35,858 nt of DNA from Anaerolineales bacterium (GCA_046260155.1 JBJYXV010000101.1:1-35858), one strand, 5' to 3'; positions 8,571 through 16,927 are shown, counted from the first letter of the stretch. The notes: a model not told the origin generated them from the sequence alone. A program made the numbers and translations.

Positions 8571-9608
8571 CTAAAAGAATATTTTTGCCAGTTTCAGCGC
8601 CTGCTGTTTCCACGGCAGCCGGTGCGTTACGCCAAGATCACCGCTAAGGCGTTCTTTGTTTTGCAAGTACCAGCTGAAGTTGCGCAGCAGGGCATCCCGA
8701 TTGGAAAACTGGGGATGGTACCCCAGTATTTGCTGCGCTTTTTCAATAGAAACGAAGGAATCTTTGGCCGCCGTTTCATAAATCCAGGGATAAAGAGGAG
8801 AAAGCTTGAAAGCCTCTAACGTCTTCAGGGCCATCACCACTGGGCCTGCTGGAAAAGGAATGATGCGTTTGCCAAAGCCGGCCTCATCCATCACGGCTTG
8901 ATAGTCCTGCTGCATGGTGGTGAACTCCGCTGCGCCGATATTGAAGGTATCGTTGACCAGGGCCTCATCCAAAGTCATGCAAGCTACAATCGTCTGGCAC
9001 AGGTCTTCCACATCCAGCAATTGGTAGCGATTATTTCCTGATCCGATCATCGGAAAGTTGCGCCCTTCGCTGGCCCATTCGTAGAAAATTGCGAAAACAC
9101 CCAGGCGCTCCGGGCCGACGAAAGATTTGGGCCGCAGGATGGACACGCACAAACCGTCCCGTCGAAAATCCTGGCAAACCTTCTCCGCCAGTATTTTGGC
9201 TTCGCCGTAAGGCCCCACTCCGCTGATCGGGTCTGTTTCGTAAATGGGATGATGGTCGGGAACACCATAAACCGCGGTGGTGGAGAGATGAATGAAACGT
9301 TTGACACCATATTCCCGGGCCTGCTGTAAGACGATCCGCGTGCCATCAACATCGGTTGAGTAGATATCTTCAGGCGGGTAAAGCGGCAGCGCTGCTGCTG
9401 TGTGGATCACAATATCAGCCCCGCTCATGCTTTGGCGAACGTTTTCCGGATTGCGGATATCGCCTTGCAGGAATTCGATCTGGTCACGTTCCGGATAAGT
9501 GAAATCCACCAGGTCAATACCATTTAGTTGATTGTAGCCGTGCTTCAGCAGGTAGCGAACCAGATTGATGCTCAAAAAACCGCTAATTCCGGTAATGTGG
9601 ATTTTCAT
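8571..9608 (-). CDS. NAD-dependent epimerase/dehydratase family protein
   Basis: Start MKIHITGISGFLSINLVRYLL (Rossmann GxxGxxG). YxxxK present (YGEAKILAEK). Start taken at the internal ATG (9606-9608), since the longer ORF reaches back into the fwdE-like gene. Confidence 0.75.
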   Translation of the reverse strand: MKIHITGISGFLSINLVRYLLKHGYNQLNGIDLVDFTYPERDQIEFLQGDIRNPENVRQSMSGADIVIHTAAALPLYPPEDIYSTDVDGTRIVLQQAREYGVKRFIHLSTTAVYGVPDHHPIYETDPISGVGPYGEAKILAEKVCQDFRRDGLCVSILRPKSFVGPERLGVFAIFYEWASEGRNFPMIGSGNNRYQLLDVEDLCQTIVACMTLDEALVNDTFNIGAAEFTTMQQDYQAVMDEAGFGKRIIPFPAGPVVMALKTLEAFKLSPLYPWIYETAAKDSFVSIEKAQQILGYHPQFSNRDALLRNFSWYLQNKERLSGDLGVTHRLPWKQQALKLAKIFF

Positions 9609-9621
9609 TGGAGTACATCCT

Positions 9622-10242
9622 TTATAAACGGCGTTCGCCAGCTTCAAAACAAGGGATGCACAGCTTGCGACCACCCAGTAACCGCACGCGTGTCTCCATG
9701 ACCATTTCGCCGCAGGCCTCGCACTGGATTGATTCGCGCACGCGGGCCCTACCGGGAATACGAGATTCGACAGCCTGCACTTCAAAGAGTTGCTCCAGGG
9801 GTAAAGCGAGGATCGCCTGTCCTCGTTTTCGGAACAAATCTTCGGAAAATTCATCTTCCCTGGAACCTTCCTCCACGTTCTGAGTTCTGGCTGCCATTTC
9901 GCGGGATTCATCATTCTCATTCCCCCAGGATTGTGGACGCAACACCAGGCGAATCGCCTTACCATCCGAACAGCGGATGAAGGTAAAGGCATTTTTACCG
10001 TAATCCAGGTGAATCAGGTTGCCTTTGCCAAAGGTACAGCCGGTCATGAACTGGATTGCATCCACGCCGCACATATCGCTCTCGACAATGGCGACGACTT
10101 CCTCATCAGCCGCGCGCGGGCCGATTTCACGCAGTGCCAGTTCCGCGGCACGCACACCAATAGCCAAACCGGGGCAAAAATGTCCATGAAATTGAACCAC
10201 TGCATCCTGGTCTTCCGGTATCATCCTATTCTCTTTGATCAC
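9622..10242 (-). CDS. FwdE/FmdE-family protein with C-terminal zinc ribbon
   Basis: N-terminal FHGHFCPGLAIGVR motif (hallmark of the FmdE domain) and C-terminal CEACG...CIPC. Confidence 0.75.
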   Translation of the reverse strand: MIKENRMIPEDQDAVVQFHGHFCPGLAIGVRAAELALREIGPRAADEEVVAIVESDMCGVDAIQFMTGCTFGKGNLIHLDYGKNAFTFIRCSDGKAIRLVLRPQSWGNENDESREMAARTQNVEEGSREDEFSEDLFRKRGQAILALPLEQLFEVQAVESRIPGRARVRESIQCEACGEMVMETRVRLLGGRKLCIPCFEAGERRL

Positions 10243-10269
10243 ACAGGCTTATTTGTTACAATAGGTACA

Positions 10270-10335
10270 ATTGTTGTATAATAAATTATAATGCAATTAA
10301 TCGCAAATGCAATGATTTGCGTTATAATTTTATTG
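10270..10335. promoter_or_regulatory. AT-rich divergent promoter region with a 7-6-7 inverted repeat and ATAAT/ATTAT hexamer array (putative Fur-family operator)
   Basis: cgcaaat-gcaatg-atttgcg at 10302-10321 is a perfect 7-bp inverted repeat. It is flanked by tATAATaaatTATAAT and gtTATAATttTATTgg. It lies between the fur-like gene and the divergently transcribed fwdE-ABC operon. Confidence 0.45.
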
Positions 10336-10339
10336 GATA

Positions 10340-10726
10340 TTGAGCATGAAATCTAGTACAGTACAACAATTGATTTTAGAACTGCTCTACCAGGAACACG
10401 CTCATTTTACTGCCCAGGAAGTCTATGCCCACCTGAAGCCGCGCCTGCCCAGCGTCAACCCCTCCACGGTCTATAGGGCCCTGGAACGTTTGACCAAATC
10501 TGGAGAAATATCAGTTTCGGATATGGGTACGGGGGCAGCAATGTATGAAATGGTTGGGAGCACCCCACACCATCACCTGGTTTGCCAGGGCTGCCATCGG
10601 GTGATTACCGTGGAAAACGAATTAGTCCAACCTTTTTTCGATGCAGTGGAAGCACAATTCGATTATCAACTCACCACCAATCATTTGATCTTATTCGGCT
10701 TTTGCCCGGAATGTTCCTCGGAGTGA
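10340..10726 (+). CDS. fur: Fur-family transcriptional regulator (Fur/Zur/PerR-like)
   Basis: N-terminal winged helix (TAQEVYAHLKPRLPSVNPSTVYRALERL), HHHLVC and CxxC metal-site motifs. Confidence 0.8.
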   Translation: MSMKSSTVQQLILELLYQEHAHFTAQEVYAHLKPRLPSVNPSTVYRALERLTKSGEISVSDMGTGAAMYEMVGSTPHHHLVCQGCHRVITVENELVQPFFDAVEAQFDYQLTTNHLILFGFCPECSSE

Positions 10727-10847
10727 ACGGTTGCGAATAAGGCCCTGTTTTATATTAATGCATTTTTCAAGCCCAATCATCGTCCTGTAACGAGCTTGCG
10801 CTGTAAACCCCCAAACAAGAAAACGCCCTCTGCCATTATTTCGCCAA

Positions 10848-10987
10848 CCGCGGAAGTAGGCCTCGAACCTGCACCCTCTTCTTTGTATGAGACGGGGGGA
10901 GGTTTTCCACAGTTGCTATACCGTCTATTTACAGATCTGGTGTCTTTGATTTATCTGTTAGCTGGACAGGAAATATCCAATGGGTCT
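10848..10987 (-). repeat. diverged tRNA-Val 3'-end-like fragment fused to the conserved ~103-nt module, copy 2
   Basis: 10848-10884 is about 80% identical to tRNA-Val positions about 37-73 (ccgcggaagtaggcctcgaacctgcaccctcttct vs gggcggaacaggactcgaacctgcgacctcttct). 10885-10987 is about 86% identical to 994-1096. Confidence 0.7.
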
Positions 10988-11005
10988 GCGAGTTCGATGC
11001 TTTGA

Positions 11006-11166
11006 TTGGTTTGCCAAGATATTCCTAAAAACTGTGAACTAAATTCTGTCACTAATCATGAATTGGAGATGATCATGTCCAAACTCAATCACCGTTCAAG
11101 AAAATACCTTGATTTCAAGTCACCTTTCGAGGTATTCTTCAATCATACTGCTGCACTTGCGAGTTG
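11006..11166 (+). pseudogene. IS30-family transposase C-terminal remnant (about 50 codons)
   Basis: Hand translation: ...NSVTNHELEMIMSKLNHRSRKYLDFKSPFEVFFNHTAALAS*. It matches the conserved IS30 transposase C-terminus (eELdxIaxeLNnRPRKxLgfKTPxEvF). There is no upstream catalytic domain, because an in-frame stop lies at 11003-11005. Confidence 0.55.
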
Positions 11167-11489
11167 AATGCAAGCAATGAAATTTGGAAAAGGCGATAGT
11201 ATATGGTATGAAGGGTAAAATCGTTGGAAGTATTGAGTGGAAGGGAATGGTTAGCAAGCTCATGCTGTTCGTTACCCGCTGGTGGGTGGGACAAGATGAC
11301 GCCGCCTTAACTGAACCAGCCTTGAACTGAAACCAGGGTGGGTAAATCACGCCGCTTACCTCTAGGTAACAGCCCAGTTAATTGCAACAGGGGTTAGGTC
11401 GCAGTCCACACACGTCGATAAAAAACAAGCAATACCAGTTCTTATTGGCAGATAGACGAAGATCCGCTAGCACATTCTTCATCGTCTAC

Positions 11490-13091
11490 CTATACTGTGC
11501 CAGGCCAAATGGGATTCATTTGCCAAGCATCCAAAACTTCGAGTTGTGCCTGACCGCCGCCCGCGAAGAACTTGATACCGGTGCTCTCAGGATCGGGATA
11601 GCAGCGCGCTGTAATCGCTACTCGATCATTGGCAAAAACTTGCAAGATAGAGCGATCCAGGAAAATATGCAGCTTGAGCTTTTCCTTCTCAGTCAGCTCT
11701 ATCGGGGCACTGAATGGTGACGGAGGCCAGACCTGGGACAAGCCAAAGCGGCTGGCAGGCTTAGGTGAGACGACAAGCGAGCGATTGGCATAGCCAATCG
11801 TCACTTGTTGATCACCATCCACAGCGCAAAAAAGACGCAAACCACATCTTTTAGCCGTGCTTGGGGAAAGTTCTGCAATAATTTCCAGGCAGTTGCCCTG
11901 TATAGGTAAAGCGACTCCTTGATCATTATCTGTGGTGATATCTTCCAAGTGGGTATGCTCACCACGCAGTACGCACAATTCGGGTACAGGTTGGCTGACA
12001 AGTGTGTTGTCAGGTAACAGTGACAGCACCCGCGGCAGGGGAATAACTCCTGCCCAACCCTGCGATTTCAGTTCTTCGTTATGACGACTGGGCCAGGTCC
12101 AGCCTCCCTCCCAAGACCAGGCAAAAACAATTCCCCGTCCCTGCTCGTCTATCATCACCTGGGGAGCATAATATTGACCGTGATCCAGTATACCTTCTTG
12201 TTCCGGGGTAAAGATATGATCGGTATAATCGCCCACAAAATAATAGGCTCGGCCATTGAGACCCCCTACAAGCACATGTTTATCGCCTTGGCTGAAGAAG
12301 CTGGGGCATTCCATCATCACACCGTATTGGGACGAGTTTCCCACAAAGAGAGGATCGAGGTGTTCCCAGTGATGCAAATCCGTAGAACGTGCCTGCATGG
12401 CGGCAGCCCCCTGACCTTCGATACCTGAACCGATAACAGCATACCATGTATCGCCTTCCTGCCAGAGGTAAGGGTCGCGATACCCTTCGGTCACGATTCC
12501 TTCCAGCGGCGCAACAAGGACGGGGTTATTGGGGTGCTTTTGCCAGCTGATCATCGCATCCTGGCTGGTGGCTAAGCAGACCGTTTGTTGGGCATCTGGC
12601 CCGCCCTGGTAATTATCCAAAGGTACAGTGAAGGCTGCTCCGGTGTATGCCAGGGTGGGCATGCCGTCGTTGATTAAGGCGCTACCCGACCAGCAGCCAT
12701 TCCTGTCGGGGCCGTCCGGCGTAGGCGCTAAGGCGATGGGTAGATCTTGCCAGTAGACCAGATCATCGCTTACGGCATGACCCCAGTGGATCTGGCCCCA
12801 GGCAGCCTCGTCAGGATTATATTGATAAAATAAATGGTATTGTCCTTCCCATTGGATCACACCGTTGGGATCGTTCATCCAGTTGTGCGGGGGCAGGAAG
12901 TGATACTGTGGTCGCAGTGGGTCGCTAGCCATCTTTTTTCTGATTTTCCACGCGGCAGGTTCCTGCAATGGACCGGGGGTAACGCTAGTCTGGTGGGTAG
13001 GAGAAGAGGGAGACATAGAGTCAAGCGTAGGAGAATGGGAGCATCCGCTAAGAAGTGTATGAACAGCAATACTGATCCCACTTAACTTCAT
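11490..13091 (-). CDS. glycoside hydrolase family 32 lipoprotein (beta-fructofuranosidase / levanase / inulinase type)
   Basis: GH32 signature HFLPPHNWMNDPNGVIQWEGQYHLFYQYNP, RDP motif (YRDPYLW) and EC motif (MECPSFF). Lipoprotein signal MKLSGISIAVHTLLSGC. The alternative upstream ATG at 13130 adds 13 aa. Confidence 0.85.
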   Translation of the reverse strand: MKLSGISIAVHTLLSGCSHSPTLDSMSPSSPTHQTSVTPGPLQEPAAWKIRKKMASDPLRPQYHFLPPHNWMNDPNGVIQWEGQYHLFYQYNPDEAAWGQIHWGHAVSDDLVYWQDLPIALAPTPDGPDRNGCWSGSALINDGMPTLAYTGAAFTVPLDNYQGGPDAQQTVCLATSQDAMISWQKHPNNPVLVAPLEGIVTEGYRDPYLWQEGDTWYAVIGSGIEGQGAAAMQARSTDLHHWEHLDPLFVGNSSQYGVMMECPSFFSQGDKHVLVGGLNGRAYYFVGDYTDHIFTPEQEGILDHGQYYAPQVMIDEQGRGIVFAWSWEGGWTWPSRHNEELKSQGWAGVIPLPRVLSLLPDNTLVSQPVPELCVLRGEHTHLEDITTDNDQGVALPIQGNCLEIIAELSPSTAKRCGLRLFCAVDGDQQVTIGYANRSLVVSPKPASRFGLSQVWPPSPFSAPIELTEKEKLKLHIFLDRSILQVFANDRVAITARCYPDPESTGIKFFAGGGQAQLEVLDAWQMNPIWPGTV

Positions 13092-13702
13092 TATATTCAG
13101 AAAATCATGGCGAGATAGTTCCAGAATCATGATTCTTGCCTTTGATTGTTGTATGAACTTCGATTATCCTTTGTGGTTTCGTGGCTTTACTGATTGATGA
13201 CCCAATATCTTAACGCGCGAAATCACCCAAATACATCTTATACGAATCAAATATAGTACATAATTTCGACTATGTCACTCTAAAGAATAAGAATAGCTTA
13301 TATTTTGTGTCTATATTGAAATACTGGAGCATACTCGATAACCCTACACGATAATGGATTATATAATATTTCGGAATTACTTTTTCAACAGCCCGCGATA
13401 CTTTAAGGACAAAAATCTCCACTATCCGATCGACATGTCTTTGTAAATGGTGTTGGTCGACATCGAAAGTGAACAGGTTGGGTCATTACAACTGAATATC
13501 CGATTCCCGAACGCCTGTCCCCGAAGGTGCTCGATGACCCCATAGGGCATCGGTCGGGTATCGGGAAGCAGGGTGAGGGTACTCGTGCCACCCCATACCC
13601 TGTTGTCAATCGCACAGCAACCCACCCATCTAGCCCGTCTATTCGGAGGCGGGCTTAATTTCTCAATTGCCTAAATTTTTTTCTGCTTCAAATTAATACA
13701 GA

Positions 13703-13732
13703 TTGCCGCCCACCATACAAGATAAGCGGCAA
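13703..13732 (-). terminator. hairpin 3' of tRNA-Val (weak terminator candidate)
   Basis: 7-bp stem ttgccgc / gcggcaa with a 16-nt loop, followed on the minus strand by a U-rich stretch (UCUGUAUUAAUUU). Confidence 0.25.
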
Positions 13733-13744
13733 TAATTCTCGTAA

Positions 13745-13818
13745 TGGGCGGAACAGGACTCGAACCTGCGACCTCTTCTGTGTAAGAGAAGCGCTCTAAC
13801 CAACTGAGCTATCCGCCC
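13745..13818 (-). tRNA. tRNA-Val (anticodon TAC)
   Basis: Reverse complement: GGGCGGATAGCTCAGTTGGTTAGAGCGCTTCTCTTACACAGAAGAGGTCGCAGGTTCGAGTCCTGTTCCGCCCA. Cloverleaf with a 7-bp acceptor, D-arm GCTC/GAGC, anticodon stem CTTCT/AGAAG with loop CTTACAC, T-arm GCAGG-TTCGAGT-CCTGT. No encoded CCA. Confidence 0.9.
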
Positions 13819-14080
13819 GGGTGATTAATTATACTCGATTCCAGTGTGCTGCTTCCCCTCCCGAAACGATGCCCTTCAGACCATGACCTGCTTGCGATGT
13901 TTTGTTGGCAAGATGCGAATTACCGCAAAATAATTTGCACCTACCCGATAATTGTGATACACTTTTATAGCAATCTGTACCGGAAAAACGCTTGAACCTG
14001 CAAAATGGATAGCATCATTTACACCTCAAGTTACTGCTCCTATGTTTCCCAAGGTTTGGACAGATTGCAAGGAGTGCGTC

Positions 14081-14917
14081 ATGACCTATGAGGACCGTAT
14101 CCGCGAAGCACGACCTGGCATGTCGAAGAGTTTTGCCAAGCTGGCAGATTTTCTCCTGGATTCATACATCGAATCAGCCTTCATGACGGCCAGCGAGCTG
14201 GCTCACCGCCTCGACCTGGACGCAGCAACCGTCGTCCGCTTTGCACAGACCCTGGATTACAAGGGTTTCCCGGATATGCAGCGCGAGATCCGCCAGAGAG
14301 TCCTGAACGATCTGCTCGTGCGCCCTGAGCAAGCCAGGAATTTAGAATCGATCCCTGGCGTGGTGGGAAACGCGATGCAGGAATTGTCACTGGCCCTGGA
14401 ACAGACCCGCATCTCGCTGGATACCGATGCCCTGGCGCAGCTGGTGGACGAGATCGGTGCAGCCAGGCGCATCATCCTGCTGGTCGAGAACCCGGCCCAG
14501 GCTGCTGCTTACAACCTGGTGCACTTCCTTGAACAGGGTGGGTTTCCGATCTACATCGCCCGTTCTGGTGTGGCCGATCTGGCGCGCACGGTGCATACTG
14601 CCACCCTCCAGGACCTGCTCATTGCGCTGGAGATTTCTGGCCAATCCCCCTACATCGCGGGTGCGCTGGAAGCTGCCCGGGAGAAAGGATTACCGACCGC
14701 GGCGATCTTGGGAGCAGCCTCCCTGAACTCAGCCCGCGCGGCCGACGTGGTCCTGGCTGCTCGTTCGAACCCTTCATTGGGGGTCGGAATCATCTCGATC
14801 GAATCGATCATTTACGCCCTCTGTGAAGCTTTACGCTGGCGGTTTGCCGACCGCTTCGCAGGTGCAGAACAGGCAATTGCAGGGTTAACTGCCCAAATTC
14901 AACACTCAAGCGACTGA
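14081..14917 (+). CDS. RpiR/MurR-family transcriptional regulator (HTH_6 plus SIS domain)
   Basis: N-terminal HTH (SKSFAKLADFLLDSYIESAFMTASELAHRLDLDAATVVRFAQTLDYKGF) and a C-terminal SIS-like region. SD AAGGAG lies 6 nt before the ATG at 14081. The ORF track starts at 14042. Confidence 0.7.
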   Translation: MTYEDRIREARPGMSKSFAKLADFLLDSYIESAFMTASELAHRLDLDAATVVRFAQTLDYKGFPDMQREIRQRVLNDLLVRPEQARNLESIPGVVGNAMQELSLALEQTRISLDTDALAQLVDEIGAARRIILLVENPAQAAAYNLVHFLEQGGFPIYIARSGVADLARTVHTATLQDLLIALEISGQSPYIAGALEAAREKGLPTAAILGAASLNSARAADVVLAARSNPSLGVGIISIESIIYALCEALRWRFADRFAGAEQAIAGLTAQIQHSSD

Positions 14918-14944
14918 ACCAGGATTAAGCAGCTGGAGAGTAAT

Positions 14945-15715
14945 ATGCGCATTATCCGTTATCAAACCGCGTCTCAACCTGCCACTTTCGGCTGGGTCAC
15001 AGAGGATAAGGTCGGGGTCATTGTAGGATCACCTTTTGCGCAGTTCAGCCGCGGTGAAGCTGACCTTAAAATGGACCAGGTCGAACTTCTTCCCCCGGTG
15101 ATCCCTAGTAAAATTGTATGCATTGGGCGCAACTATGTCGCCCATGCAAAAGAGCATGATGCTGAAGTACCCGAGGTGCCCCTGATCTTCCTCAAGCCTC
15201 CCTCGACGATCATCCCCCACGGCGGGACTATACACCTACCCCCACAATCACAGCAAGTCGAGCATGAAGCAGAATTAGCCGTCGTCGTCGGTAAAACCGG
15301 GCGCTGGATCCCTCCCGAAGAAGCCCAGGACTATATTTTCGGATACACGATCGCCAATGATGTCTCAGCGCGCGATCTGCAGTACCAGGATGGGCAGTGG
15401 ACCCGCGGCAAAGGATTTGACACCTTCTGCCCGCTGGGTCCATGGATTGAAACTGATTTCGATCCTGCAGATGCGGTGATCACCTGCCAGGTCAACGAGG
15501 AGATGCGGCAGATGGCTTCCACCCGCGACATGGTGTTCAGCGTCAGGCAGCTGATTGCCTACATATCATCCGTGATGACCCTCTTCCCTGGCGATTTATT
15601 GTTGACCGGCACGCCAGCCGGGGTGAATACCTTGCAGGATGGAGATTTTGTCGAGGTAGGGATCGAAGGAATCGGTACCCTGGGAAATAAAGTCGTAAAC
15701 GAACCGGCTCATTAA
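14945..15715 (+). CDS. fumarylacetoacetate hydrolase (FAH)-family protein (2-keto-4-pentenoate hydratase / oxaloacetate decarboxylase-like)
   Basis: KIVCIGRNYVAHAKEH...PLIFLKP...EAELAVVVGK...GYTIANDVSARDLQ...KGFDTFCPLGPW are canonical FAH-family motifs. SD GGAGAG upstream. Confidence 0.8.
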   Translation: MRIIRYQTASQPATFGWVTEDKVGVIVGSPFAQFSRGEADLKMDQVELLPPVIPSKIVCIGRNYVAHAKEHDAEVPEVPLIFLKPPSTIIPHGGTIHLPPQSQQVEHEAELAVVVGKTGRWIPPEEAQDYIFGYTIANDVSARDLQYQDGQWTRGKGFDTFCPLGPWIETDFDPADAVITCQVNEEMRQMASTRDMVFSVRQLIAYISSVMTLFPGDLLLTGTPAGVNTLQDGDFVEVGIEGIGTLGNKVVNEPAH

Positions 15716-15717
15716 CT

Positions 15718-16851
15718 GTGGAACTCCCTTTTTCACTCGACTCGCTCTCCATAGATGTGCATGCTGCTGTCCAGGTAGCGATCGCGCTTTCCCTGATTGG
15801 GTTGGTGCTGTGCATCTGGCTTGGCATCCGCGCCATTCGAAAGGCCAGAACCCTGCGATTTTTCCGCATGCGCCGGGACAGTATGGTGCGAGGCTGGCGA
15901 TTGCTTTTCTTTGCGCTCGTGTTGGCACTGCTGGCATTCTTGATCAACCGCTTTGCTGAACCTGTTGCTTATAATTTTTTCCCACCTACCCCGACTGCCT
16001 CACAAACCCCGACCATTACCATCACGCCCTCCATCACCCTGACCCCCACCATCACGCTGACACCCACCATTACATTAACTCCCTCGATCACGGACACTCC
16101 TACTGTCACACCTACCCCGAGTTTGCCTCCTGAGATTGAAAGTGGTATTGAAAGTATCGTTACACCCCTCCCTGATTCAATCTTCAGCCAGCTGATTTTC
16201 AGCGAAGGCATCGATCAGGAAACCTACCAGCCGTTGAATCCAGGCGAGGTGTTCCAAAATCCAGTTGGCCACATGTATGCTCTATTCAGCTACGACCGCA
16301 TGCTGGACGGATCGCAGTGGAGTGCCCTATGGTATCGCGGAGATGACCTAGTGTATTACGAAAGTAAACCCTGGGATGGCGGTACCGGTGGATTCGGCTT
16401 TTCGGATTGGGACGCCCAACCGTGGGAATGGCAGCCCGGGGAATATGAGGTGCGCATTTTTGTGGGAACCACGTGGAACATCTCGGGACGTTTCACGGTG
16501 GAGGGTGAGGCTCCAACGCCACCTCCCAGCGCGACCCCTTCCCGCACGCCGACCACCACGCCGATGCCGACTGCCTCGCCAACCCCAACGCCCACCCGTA
16601 CTCCAACGCCAACCCGCACAGCGACACCAACACGCACACTGACGCCAACTTTCGGTCCCTCACCAACCCCGCTGCCTCCCACTGCAACCAGGACTCTGCC
16701 CCCCTCCCCGAGTCCTTCCCCCACGAAAACTCGCTGGCCGACAGCAACCCCGGTCACGATCACGCCCACGAAAACTCGCTGGCCAACTGCCATTCCTACC
16801 ACGCTCACTCCAACCATCACCCGCCAGCCCTCCTCTACTCCTTTCCCATAG
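15718..16851 (+). CDS. membrane-anchored secreted protein with two Pro/Thr-rich linker tracts flanking a roughly 180-aa globular domain of unknown function
   Basis: GTG start immediately after the FAH stop. Two TM helices, then TPTITITPSITLTPTITLTPTITLTPSITDTPTVTPTPS, a central domain, and a long C-terminal PT/PS-rich tail (TPTPTRTPTPTRTATPTRT...TKTRWPTA x2). Confidence 0.6.
   Translation: MELPFSLDSLSIDVHAAVQVAIALSLIGLVLCIWLGIRAIRKARTLRFFRMRRDSMVRGWRLLFFALVLALLAFLINRFAEPVAYNFFPPTPTASQTPTITITPSITLTPTITLTPTITLTPSITDTPTVTPTPSLPPEIESGIESIVTPLPDSIFSQLIFSEGIDQETYQPLNPGEVFQNPVGHMYALFSYDRMLDGSQWSALWYRGDDLVYYESKPWDGGTGGFGFSDWDAQPWEWQPGEYEVRIFVGTTWNISGRFTVEGEAPTPPPSATPSRTPTTTPMPTASPTPTPTRTPTPTRTATPTRTLTPTFGPSPTPLPPTATRTLPPSPSPSPTKTRWPTATPVTITPTKTRWPTAIPTTLTPTITRQPSSTPFP
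16009..16113 (+). repeat. tandem 18-nt (6-codon) repeats encoding the (T-P-T/S-I-T-L)n linker
   Basis: accgaccattaccatcacg / ccctccatcaccctg / acccccaccatcacgctg / acacccaccattacatta / actccctcgatcacggac. A further 45-nt tandem duplication at 16720-16809 starts cccacgaaaactcgctggcc in both units. Confidence 0.7.
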
Positions 16852-16927
16852 CTGTGAGCGAAGAATCACTTCATGCCGGAACCACACACACAGCTGATTT
16901 CACTCGATCACTTGCGCTTCAAAAATC

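Noticed and set aside
13500-13600. SRP (4.5S) RNA assignment for the GGAAGCAGGG-containing segment
   Set aside because: Only a short motif resemblance. I could not reconstruct the domain IV helix with the symmetric and asymmetric loops, so this is not supported without a covariance-model search.
13403-13625. Two overlapping minus-strand ORFs (70 and 67 aa) in the GH32/tRNA-Val spacer
   Set aside because: They lie in the GC-rich structured patch. The translations are Cys/Arg/Pro-rich and not protein-like, with no RBS. More likely RNA or a relic than coding.
15969-16887. Minus-strand ORFs (80, 154, 84 and 75 aa) with GVGV-rich products
   Set aside because: Mirror-frame artefacts of the Pro/Thr-repeat-encoding region (ACC/CCC repeats read as GGT/GGG).
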